Positions 54,506-64,000 of a stretch of DNA of 64,000 nucleotides are shown in pieces. The stretch lies in NCBI GenBank assembly GCA_963842165.1, contig CAWJFK010000023.1, positions 110,817-174,816 of the forward strand, in the 5' to 3' direction. The notes below the pieces were generated by a model. The model did not search any database and had not been told where the DNA came from. It was given only the letters and a program-made list of their open reading frames with translations. The position numbers were made by a program, and so were the translations under genes. Each line of letters begins with the position of its first letter. Position 1 is the stretch's first letter. The stretch is from an uncultured Thermoplasmata archaeon. Its GTDB lineage: Archaea; Thermoplasmatota; Thermoplasmata; Lutacidiplasmatales; UBA184.

Positions 54506-56649
54506 GTGCGCGCTTCAGTTACCGCGGTAATGGCCGCCCTGATCGTTCTCTTGGGAGCCTCAACTCTGGCCCCGATTTGGGAGGAACAGTTAGGCGATGG
54601 GAACGCTCCTGTGGGCCACCAGTACGGCTCGGCCTCATCACTGCCGATGCAGGGTAGGTCATCTAGCGTCCGAGATGGTGCTAAGACAGGCGTAATGGAC
54701 CCGAAGTCGGCAGGAAGTCAGCCGACGAAGTGTCTGCTTGGTGGCAGCCACGATTCTGGGTGCGGCGAATTGTTGAGCAGCAGGAGCTCGACATCTGCGT
54801 CCGGCCCGGTTTGGACAAATCTCAGCACCCCGGGCGGGCCACCCCCCCTCTATGATCTCTCGATGGGATATGATGCAGGCGACGATCAGACCGTCGTTTT
54901 TGGAGGATTCAACCCTGCGGCGACTGCGGTCAGCTATACTTGGACTTTCACCAATGGGACGTGGACGAATCTAAGCCCCCAGCTCACTCAGTTCCCTTCC
55001 GCTCGGGGTGGCATGTTAATGACAGACGACCCAACCGATGGGTACCTCCTCGCATTTGGGGGTAATGGGATGGCTTGTTCTCCCTCGGAATATTATGGTT
55101 GCGCAGACACATGGACCTTCGAAGGCGACTCTTGGAGCTTGACTAATGCAAGTGCACCGATTCCAGCGGCAGGAAGAACTGGATTTTCGATGGCGTTCGA
55201 CTCTTCGTCGTCTTACGTCCTGCTCACTGATGGGTGGGCTACTTGGAAGTGGTCAGGAGCGAATTGGACGCCATTTTGCGCCAGCCCCTCTAATTGTACT
55301 TTGTTCATACCTGGTCCGGACATGACTGGGTCCCTAAGCGACGACCCGGCCCTCGACGGCCTACTGTGGTATGGCGCTGGATTCACCTGGGTTTTTGCGT
55401 CGGGAAACTGGACAAACGTCTCGGCGACCGCGGGACAAGCACCCTCTGGCGCCAACGGACAGCTTGTCTATCCCCCCGCCTCGGGGGTCCCACTTCTCGT
55501 GGTGACGGGGGGCTATAGCCAAAACGTGACGCTAGACCAATTCGCTAACGACAGCTGGACAGTTGTCTCAAGCGGGTTTTCGCCTCCCGCCCGTTCCGAG
55601 GCAGGTATTTCGTACGCTGGTTCGGCAGCTGATATCCTGATGTTCGGCGGCTGGAACCTCTTCGGGCCCACACGAATCTTGAACGAGACTTGGGCATGGG
55701 GGTCGAGCCCGCCAATTAGCGGGCTCAACATCTTCGTTCAGCCGACGGTCCCTGAGCCAGCGCAAGTGGCGACTTTCAACGAATCCTTCGTCGGCGGTGT
55801 TGCCCCTTTCGGATACTCTTGGGGCTTCGGAGATGGAAACACCAGTTTCGTCCCAACTCCTATTCACAGTTTCGACGCAATCGGGCACTACTCAGTCCAG
55901 CTATGGGTCAACGACAGTGGCGGGCACCACGCATTCGCCCAACTGACCGTCAAAGTTTACGTTCCGCTTTCGATCCGAGTACTTCCGGGTGTCCCCCGCC
56001 ATTCCTGCGCTGGGTCAGCCGGTGAATTTCTCGGTGCTGGCCACTGGTGGGACGCAGCCGTACCTTTACTCGTGGTCATTCGGGGACGGAGGGACGGGGG
56101 GAGACCTTCCTAACATTACCCACCTCTACACGACAAACGGCCCATTTTACGCCCAGGTTACTGTGACTGACGGTCTTGGAGCCACGGTCAAATCAGGGCA
56201 GAACCTGTCCATCCGCCTCCAGGCGATTGCTGGGATCGAGCCTTCGAATTCTAGCTCGCCTCTTACGGTGGAATTCATCGGGCAAGCCCAGGGTGGCGTT
56301 CCGCCATATACATTCGACTGGTCATTCGGAGATCATTCCCCAAACTCGACCTAGCCAGAATCCGACCCACTCATACTCCTTCGCAGGGGAATATGTCGTG
56401 CGGCTCTCCATCACCGATGGAGCGGGGAACCGATCCACTAGTGAACTTTCTCTTCAAGTGGGGGCTGAGTCGACTAGTCCAGTCGGGCCGTCGGGAAGCA
56501 CGTGGTGGGGCTGGCCCCTTGCCCTAGGGCTGACGGCCGCTGTGGGGGTGGGTGTTGCAGGTGCATGGGTGATTACGTTCAGGAGACGACGATCGCTGCG
56601 GAGTGAGGTTAAACGCTGGGTGGACGAGCTCTTGAACGAGGAGCCTTAA
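54506..56649 (+). CDS. Cell-surface protein: Kelch-like propeller, three PKD domains, C-terminal TM; indels near 55980 and 56350
   Basis: Signal peptide; VVFGG...TWTF...WT repeats; GGxxPYxYSWxFGDG repeats; TM plus RRRR tail. Confidence 0.85.
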
Positions 56650-56766
56650 GGCAATTCTCCCTCAGGAATCTGATTCCGTTGCACGCAGTTTGGCCGAAAG
56701 CTCAAAGCGAGATGCTGACTTACCATGCGGCAGTCGGTTTGAATCTCGGGATAAGTCGGTGCGAGT

Positions 56767-57282
56767 GTGATCTGGGGATATCTGGGAGTCGGACTCGCGG
56801 TAGGCGGAGCCGCCGGCTGGGCCCTCAGGTCGATTCTGTTTCGACCTTCTCGCTCCAGCGACAGAGTTGGCGAAAACACAAGAACTCCACTAATCCCCGC
56901 CCCTCCAGAACAGACTGAATCAGTCGCTCATTCCAGCCCTAGGGCAACTAATCTTGGGAAGGTAGTTTCACCCGGAGCCGCAACAGTCGCCCGAGTGGTT
57001 TTGCATCTCTACTCACTTGGAAGGCTCGGACCGGACGAGGTCGCTAGAGTTGGGTTCACTCAAGGAGGAATGGCAGAAGCCCTGCAGATTAAGCAAGGAA
57101 CATTGGCCCGGATCTTGACACGGCTTGTGGCAGCGGACGTGGTCGAGTGCCGGACACAGCATGTCTCGGGTCATGCCCGCCGATTGAAAGTCTACAGGTT
57201 GACAGCTGCGGGAGAAGCCTTGGCACGAGATTTTCGGAGACACCCGAGAAGCCAGTACTTGGCCATCCCTCGCCTGAACTAG
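56767..57282 (+). CDS. Membrane-anchored winged-helix protein, copy 2
   Basis: N-terminal TM; 52 of 82 residues identical (ungapped, hand count) to 9835-10494. Confidence 0.82.
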   Translation: MIWGYLGVGLAVGGAAGWALRSILFRPSRSSDRVGENTRTPLIPAPPEQTESVAHSSPRATNLGKVVSPGAATVARVVLHLYSLGRLGPDEVARVGFTQGGMAEALQIKQGTLARILTRLVAADVVECRTQHVSGHARRLKVYRLTAAGEALARDFRRHPRSQYLAIPRLN

Positions 57283-57349
57283 TCGCCTGATTTCTCGGGT
57301 TGCCGGTGGACGCCGGCGTTGAAGAGGGATACACCGCGGACGACTCGGT

Positions 57350-58649
57350 GTGTACCCAAACGTCCGCGGCGGCGGTCGTGAGACCGCAACAAGGGGAGCT
57401 CGCCACCGAGAGAAATATCCACCGACCCAGCACGCCCGTCGGCGAACCCGACCGCTCACCGATCGGGAGGTGCGCCGTCAGGCGCATCATTGGCTCCTCC
57501 CCCTACTCGCCTCCGCCCTCGCCAGCCCGTTCTCCTCGCCGGTCCGCCGCGGCGTCGCCGACCTGATCCTTCGCGCCTCGGCCCAGCGGCTTTCAGTCAC
57601 CCGGGCCCGGGCTCACTCTCGTCAGGGTCCTTCGGACCGACACGCCCGTCGGGTGCTCCAACAACTCGACCTCGGCCGCACTCAGCATGCGCTGACGCGC
57701 GCCTTGCGCGAACAAGCTCGGCCGTACGTCCCTCGCCACCCGGTCGATGTCGCCCTCGGCTTCTACGACATCCACTACTACGGCGGGCCGATCGACCCGG
57801 CCCACCCGCAATTCGTTAAGACGCAGGAGTCCCGCGGGACCCACCGGACCTACCACTACGCCACCCTCGACCTGCTCCTGCCGAACTTCCGGCTTACGGC
57901 ATCGGTTCGCTACGTCCGCGAGCGGGGCCACCGCCGCCGAGCGGTCGCCCGGGCGCTCGAGGACACCCGGCGGTGCGGCGTCCAGGTCCGCCGCCTCTAC
58001 CTGGACCGCGAGTTCTACGAATACGATACCTTGAGCTGGCTGAAGGCCGAAGAATACACGGTCCTTACCCCCCATGCGCTTGGGTTCGAGACAGCGCAAG
58101 AAGTGGGAGCGGGGCCAGTGCTCCTACGTCACCGAGCACACCCTTCGAGACCCTCGGCGGAGGGGCGAGTCCCTCGGCTTACGGATGCATGTGGTCGTCC
58201 GCTACCAGAAAGGGAAGAAGTGGAACAAGCGAGGAGCGCAGTACCTCGTCTACGAGGTGATCGGCCACGTGGCGAACGATGCGATCCGCGACGTCCCTCT
58301 CCACTCGACCCATGCCCTCTACCGAAGGAGGTTCGGCATCGAGACGTCGTACCGACTGCTCGGTCAGGCGCGAGCGATCACGACCAGTCGGTCCCCGGCG
58401 CTCCGACTCCTCTACGTCGGGGTCTCCCTGCTGCTCCAGAACGAGTGGGTGATCCTCAAGCTCCGATTTACGAGCGAAGGACGGCAAGGCCCGACAGGGT
58501 TTGTCGTCCACGAAGAGTTGTTGCGGTTCGCCACACTCCTCGAGTGGCTCGCGAGCGCGGTGGCCCGACGACTGGGTTCAACTCGAGAGATCTATCGTCC
58601 GGGGCGGTTCCCCCATCGCCTCCGCGCGATGGGGATCGCACCCATGTGA
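57350..58649 (+). mobile_element. ISH3-family (IS4-like) DDE transposase; indel near 58070; element ends not identified
   Basis: DIHYYG, RGTHRTYHYAT, LYLDREFY, YRRRFGIETSYR. Confidence 0.85.
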
Positions 58650-58664
58650 GCCGCGGCTACCTTC

Positions 58665-59357
58665 TTGACCTCGGTCGAGGTCAGGAATGGCATGCCCCGA
58701 GCAGGGTCTCAAGCGAATAGCCGGCGAGTGCCGTCCTCCCCCCGTACGGCGTACCAGCTTCGGATCACCCTCCTCGGAGCCCGTCCGCCGATCTGGCGAC
58801 GGGTCTGGGTGCCCCCGGGCGAGTCCGCGGAGTATCTCCACGACGTGATCCAGACGGCGATGGGATGGTACGACAGCCACCTCCATCAGTTCCTCCTCGG
58901 TGAGCGACCCAACTACATCTCGGTGGAACCACCGGATCCTGAGAACCTCGGGGATCATCCGAGCGTGGACTCAAGGCACATGCCCATTCGGGCACTTCTC
59001 CAACGAGGCGGTGGTCGTGTTCTCTACAACTACGATTTCGGTGACGACTGGATGCACGAGGTGCGGCTCGAGAAGGAGGTTCCTCTCGAGGAGAGAGCCT
59101 TCCTGCCGCAGTGCCTGGAGGGGAAGAGGGCCTGCCCTCCGGAGGACTGCGGGGGCGTCTATGGCTATGCCGACATTGTGAGGATGCTCAAAGATCCGAA
59201 GTTCAAGCCGGCGGGTAGTTCCCGAGAGGAACTCCTCGAGTGGTTGGGCGACGAGTTTGACCCTGATGCGTTCGATGCAGAGGTGGTGAACGCCCAGTTC
59301 AGGCCGACACGAAGGACCGCACGAAGAGCCCGAACGAAGGTGAAGAAGTCAACCTAG
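58665..59357 (+). CDS. Plasmid pRiA4b ORF-3 family protein
   Basis: YQLRITL...PPIWRR, LHDVIQTAMGWYDSHLHQF, YDFGDDW, RACPPEDCGG. Confidence 0.93.
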   Translation: MTSVEVRNGMPRAGSQANSRRVPSSPRTAYQLRITLLGARPPIWRRVWVPPGESAEYLHDVIQTAMGWYDSHLHQFLLGERPNYISVEPPDPENLGDHPSVDSRHMPIRALLQRGGGRVLYNYDFGDDWMHEVRLEKEVPLEERAFLPQCLEGKRACPPEDCGGVYGYADIVRMLKDPKFKPAGSSREELLEWLGDEFDPDAFDAEVVNAQFRPTRRTARRARTKVKKST

Positions 59358-59411
59358 TCCCCGGTCGGGGATGGCCAAGTACTGGAATCGGGACAGGGTT
59401 GGACCACACTA

Positions 59412-60548
59412 CTGACCGTTCTAGTAGATGCATTGATATCGACGGACCGGCTATCCCCTGGGCGTGGCGCGCTGGGCACAACAGCATCGTGACACGCTCG
59501 TCCTCGAGGAACGACGGCTCAAGGGCCTCCAACTGCTTCGTCAGGGAATTCGACCGGCCGAGGTCGCCCGCCGCTTGGCAGTCTCGCCTCAGGCGGTCGA
59601 TCACTGGAAGCGGCGCCTCGAGACGATGGGCCCGGAGTCCCTTCGCGCCCAACCTCGGCGCGGCCGGCTCCCCTTCGTCGAAGCGAAGAAGATGGCCACG
59701 CTCCCGGCGATCCTGGCGCGCGGCGCCCAGTTGTTCGGATACCAGACGGACCTCTGGACCCTTCGAAGGATCGCGTCCGTTCTCGAGAAGGAGTGGGGGG
59801 TTCGCTACAGCAAGAGCGGGGCTTGGGTCCTCCTCAAACGCACGGGGTACTCGTGGCAGCGACCCTCACGCCAGGCCCGGGAGAAGGATCTCGTCCGGGT
59901 GGCTCATTGGAAGCGCTACACTTGGCCCCGGCTCAAAAAAAAGCCCGGCAGCGTCGAGCGGTAATGGTCTTCGTCGACGAGAGTGGTCTCTCGCTCATCC
60001 CGTACAACGCGAAGACCTGGGCACCGGTGGGGAACACCCCGGTGCTGATCCATCAGGGGCGTTGGCCGAAGGTCTCGGCCATCGGCGGGATCACCTCTCG
60101 AGGCCGCCTCTATCTCAAAGTGCGCAAAGGCTCCATTCGGGGTCCGCAGGTGATCGCCTTCCTCCGGCACCTGCAGCGCCACATCCGGCGGCGGCCGATC
60201 ATGATCTTCTGGGACAACGGCCAACCTCACCGGGCCAAGCTCGTTCGGGCGTTCCTCGAGAAGAATCCTCGGATCGAGGCCCACCGACTTCCGCCCTACA
60301 GCCCGGACCTGAACCCCGAGGAGTGGGTGTGGGCCCATCTGAAGAAGCACGAGCTGGCGAGCTTCGCCCCCCACGACCTGAAGGAGCTGAAGCGGGGCGT
60401 CCGCCTGGCGGTAGTACGGATGCGAGATCGTCCCAAGCTCCTACTGAAGCTCGCCGGCTCCTCGAAGTTGCCCCACTGAATCGCACGAGACGATGTGGTC
60501 AGCACGATCTGCCGTCAGGGAGGGGCAAGACAACTTCTCGACGGTCAG
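59412..60548 (+). mobile_element. IS630-family element, 1137 bp, two-ORF transposase (59464-60479)
   Basis: TA-CTGACCGT...ACGGTCAG-TA ends; HTH ORF plus DDE ORF (FVDESG, WDNG, PPYSPDLNPEE); A-AAA-AAG at 59937-59943. Confidence 0.93.
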
Positions 60549-60713
60549 TAATCTCTGAATCCCCTTCGGAGATCGCCATTATGGCAGCGTCAGCCAACCG
60601 CGAGTCAATTTGGCGGTTCCGAAACCTATCTCGGCTTACGGACCTGAGATTCCGGGTTGCGCCGGTTCTTGAACCCATCCTAATCTATCCGTGCCGCTTA
60701 CCCATTGACTGCC

Positions 60714-62725
60714 TTGACAGCACTTCCGAGTGTTGGCACGGTTTCCGGGGTCGTCTCTTCGGGTACCACGTTCGCCCCTCTCAACCCTCGCCCAGACTGT
60801 CACAGGCGGGGCCATCATCTATCTCCAAGTGGCGATGTATGGGTCATCCCCGAGCGTTAGCTCCATTACTGATTCGCAGGGAGGCGTATACGAGAAGGTC
60901 GTAGCGGGCGCCAACGGCTCAGTCTACATGGCCGTTTACCGCCGCACCAGTCCCTTAGCGGATTCCTCCTCCTCATTCACCGTCGCCGCAACGCCTAGCG
61001 CCTCCGTCCCGATCGAGATGGTCGCCATCGAGGTGTGGAACGACGGAGGGGTCGACACCATGAGCTCCGTCCACTCCGGCACGGGTACCTCCGAGACGTC
61101 GAGCGTGGCGACCTCCGTCACCAATGACCTTGTCCTCTTCCTCGGCGCCGACAACTCCGGCAGTGGGCCAAGCTGGGGATCGGGCCAGACGGGCATCATG
61201 GGGTATCCCGCCACCCCTCCACCCAACGTTACTGCTTGGGGAAGCTACCAATCGCAGGTGTCTCCCGGCACCGCCAACTCGACACGCACTATCTCCACGT
61301 CGAAGGCCTGGGTGGCGGCGAGCATCGCCGTCTCGCCTCAGGTCCCGTGGTCCGCCCTCGCCGGGAAACCGTTCGTGACGGTCTCGTCGATTGGAACATT
61401 GACCACCCCCGCCTCTACCCTCCCCAACAACGGCGCCGACTTCGGCCCCGACACGCCCCTCACTGCCACCAGCGGCATCCAGGAGGCGCTCAACGCGGTG
61501 GTGAATGGGGGAACTGTCTACATCCAGGGCGGAACGTACACCCTTAACGGACCCATCTCGCAGACGGGGAGCTACCAGGTAGTCAATTTCGAGGCGGGCA
61601 CCACGTTGCAGATCGGATCGATGTTCCCGACGTCGGGCCTCGGCACGTGGGCCGGCGTGATCATCGTCGGATGGAACCTGGCGAACACCGAAGCATACCA
61701 CCACTGCTACTGGTACGGCAACGGCACTGTCCTGAACCTCTCCGGGATCCCAAACAACGTTTACGGAATCGCGATCGTCGGCAACGGACCGATGAACGGG
61801 GGCCCAAGCCCGGCTCCATTCATGCTCCGCGTCGATGGGTTCGAGGATCTCCGGAAGCTATGCTCCTGGCGGTAACGATCAGGTCTTCATTGCTTGCGCA
61901 AACGGCAATGGAACGAATCCGACGACTATAGACCAGACTCTCAGGGAAGTAAGGGTCAGTAGGATTTACACACACAACATCGCACCGGGATTCAACGGCG
62001 CCGGGATAACAGTGCGCGGATCCGTCAGGGGAGTTGAAATCGAGGATTGCTTCGTCGATTGTTCATCGGCAGCCGCCACCGATACCTACAACGCGATGTT
62101 CTTTGGCTGCCCACAGGGCGACAATCAAGGAATTGTTGTGAGGAGGACCGTCGTACTGTCCAACGGGACGTCTGGAAACGCACTATTGCTGGCGGGATCA
62201 CTTGACACTGCGGGGCACACCAAAACGCAGGGTGTCCTTCTCGAGGATTGCACGTTTCAGGCAGGTACCTCGGGCACAGCCAATGTTGGGCAGGGTCAAG
62301 GCGGAATTTACGTCACTGACGAACAATCCGTGAACGCCATAAATAACGTAGAGTTCGTGAGGTGTCAGTTCATACGAACTGCAGTGGGGACTTACTCGCT
62401 CAACAATTCAATATTCGGATACCTCAGGTTCCGGAAGGGTTCCATCCCCCCGAACTTTCCTCCTGGCCCGCTTGCCGGTAGAGGTCCGGGGGAGTCCCCT
62501 ACGACAGTCTCGATCGGGGCCAGCTCCCCCGCGACATACATTGCGACGGACGGGTTCGAAATCGACGCCATCGTCACGGGCGGGGCGGTTTCTGGTATCA
62601 CCCTAAACGGCTCGGCTACCTCTGTCGGATTCAACAGTGGAATTATCCGGCTGAGCGACGGGGATTCTCTGACGATTTCGTTCACTCCAGGCTCTGCTCC
62701 GACTGTGACGAAGATTGCGGCCTAG
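60714..62725 (+). CDS. Spike/adhesin-like beta-helix protein, variant A; indels near 60770 and 61846
   Basis: Ser/Thr-rich N-domain, NNGADFGPDT...TSGIQEALNAV, GGTVYIQGGTY, beta-helix-like repeats, short C-terminal beta domain. Confidence 0.6.
61472..61845 (+). repeat. Left arm of perfect inverted repeat (at least 374 bp)
   Basis: Identical to the reverse complement of 63627-64000. Confidence 0.95.
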
Positions 62726-62738
62726 AGCCGGTCACTTC

Positions 62739-64000
62739 CTAAGACGCGATCTTTGTCATTGAGGGGGCAGAGGTGAACGTTACAGTAAGAGCATCCCCGG
62801 ACCTGAGTGGGAAAATTCCCGCCGTTCGACCGGTCGCTCCACCATTAAGAGTGACGGATGAGATGGAACCGCCACTTAGGAGAACCCGTTCATCGAGGCC
62901 ATCCACATTCACGTACTTGTATGGCGAACTCCCAACAGATACGGTGGTCGGACTCTCTCCAGGACCTCGACCTCCCATTGGAGGACTTGGAATGGGGGTA
63001 GGCACGGAACCATCAGTGAAACGAACATAGCCGAACTTCGAACCGGCACTTCGATTGCTCCCTCCACATCCGATGAACTGGCAGCGGACAAAATCCACGT
63101 TCAGGACAAAAGCCGTGCCTTGAGACTGATAGGTTTGTGTGTTGATGTCATCGATATAGATGCCACCGTCGCCGCCTATAGCATGGGACCCGCCAACAGC
63201 AACAAACGTGCAGTCCTGAAACTCGACACCCTGGGTGAGAGTTCCGCCCACACCATCTTGCGTCCCCTGGACCTCCAGTACCTGCTGACCATTATACGCG
63301 GCTCCCGGGGCGGTGGCCACAACACGACGAAATGTGATGCCGTATTGATTCCCTTGTGGGCACGCTATGAAGAGGATGGATGGACCGCCAGTTCCCGTTG
63401 CAGCCGAACCGTCAATGTAGCAATCCTCAACATCGACGCCTCGAACTGAACCTCGAACAGTGAGCCCAGCCGCGCTGAAGTTTGCTGCGAGCCCGTGGAC
63501 GTAGATGTGACTCAGCTTTACGCTGTTGAGGGTCTGAGTGAAGGAGGTTGGCCTCGCACCGTGCCCGTTCGCGCAAGCGATGAAGATTTGGTCTTCGCCC
63601 CCAGACCCGCTGTATGACCCAGAGATCTCGAACCCATCGACGCGGAGCATGAATGGAGCCGGGCTTGGGCCCCCGTTCATCGGTCCGTTGCCGACGATCG
63701 CGATTCCGTAAACGTTGTTTGGGATCCCGGAGAGGTTCAGGACAGTGCCGTTGCCGTACCAGTAGCAGTGGTGGTATGCTTCGGTGTTCGCCAGGTTCCA
63801 TCCGACGATGATCACGCCGGCCCACGTGCCGAGGCCCGACGTCGGGAACATCGATCCGATCTGCAACGTGGTGCCCGCCTCGAAATTGACTACCTGGTAG
63901 CTCCCCGTCTGCGAGATGGGTCCGTTAAGGGTGTACGTTCCGCCCTGGATGTAGACAGTTCCCCCATTCACCACCGCGTTGAGCGCCTCCTGGATGCCGC
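62739..64000 (-). CDS. Spike/adhesin-like beta-helix protein, variant B (5' end outside window)
   Basis: Identical to variant A through RVDGFE, then homologous but diverged. Confidence 0.65.
   Translation of the reverse strand, partial: GIQEALNAVVNGGTVYIQGGTYTLNGPISQTGSYQVVNFEAGTTLQIGSMFPTSGLGTWAGVIIVGWNLANTEAYHHCYWYGNGTVLNLSGIPNNVYGIAIVGNGPMNGGPSPAPFMLRVDGFEISGSYSGSGGEDQIFIACANGHGARPTSFTQTLNSVKLSHIYVHGLAANFSAAGLTVRGSVRGVDVEDCYIDGSAATGTGGPSILFIACPQGNQYGITFRRVVATAPGAAYNGQQVLEVQGTQDGVGGTLTQGVEFQDCTFVAVGGSHAIGGDGGIYIDDINTQTYQSQGTAFVLNVDFVRCQFIGCGGSNRSAGSKFGYVRFTDGSVPTPIPSPPMGGRGPGESPTTVSVGSSPYKYVNVDGLDERVLLSGGSISSVTLNGGATGRTAGIFPLRSGDALTVTFTSAPSMTKIAS
63627..64000 (-). repeat. Right arm of inverted repeat (truncated by window end)
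   Basis: Reverse complement of 61472-61845. Confidence 0.95.

Larger units (their letters stand above)
43051..64000. mobile_element. Genomic island / integrated element (right end outside window)
   Basis: att-like left boundary, visibly lower GC, defence genes, IS elements, spike-like genes; no integrase seen in the window. Confidence 0.7.

Noticed and set aside
1-64000. Numerous frameshifts as pseudogenes or programmed recoding
   Set aside because: They hit essential genes (ileS, GGR, trxB) and often fall in homopolymers, which indicates long-read consensus error; only the IS630 site fits a recoding signal.
61472-64000. Fold-back read artefact as the cause of the inverted repeat
   Set aside because: The 1.78-kb interior is not self-complementary; it encodes two distinct coherent paralogous halves.

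Overview
High-GC archaeal chromosome segment, most consistent with Thermoplasmata (thermopsin and thermopsin-type Ig repeats, geranylgeranyl reductase plus ferredoxin, KEOPS Pcc1, LysW pathway). Many genes carry single-base indels, often in homopolymers, typical of an unpolished long-read assembly, so gene boundaries were reconstructed across frames. Positions 1-43.0 kb are core genome: ileS, GGR, trxB, an ABC exporter, a glycogen-debranching-like enzyme, NiCoT-nikR with a NikR-type operator, an argG-argH-lysW-X-Y-Z-J-K cluster, pirin, an MFS transporter and a ~2,100-aa thermopsin with nine tandem repeats. At 43033-43050 a tRNA 3'-end fragment marks the start of a visibly lower-GC island running past the window end. 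The island holds defence-type genes (DNA MTase, GIY-YIG nuclease, DUF6998-like nuclease, OLD-type ATPase-TOPRIM, GHKL ATPase-nuclease), a glycosyltransferase, ISH3 and IS630 elements and two convergent spike/adhesin-like genes. Two candidates for undescribed systems stand out. (1) A two-gene module occurs twice (9.8-13.7 kb and 54.4-57.3 kb): a large surface protein with an interchangeable ectodomain and a conserved cytoplasmic tail, followed by a membrane-anchored winged-helix protein, with a conserved upstream motif at identical spacing. This suggests a trans-membrane sensing system. (2) A perfect inverted repeat of at least 374 bp flanks two alternative 3' halves of a beta-helix spike gene, suggesting a DNA-inversion phase-variation switch. 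All family calls come from motif recognition by eye; no database search was run.
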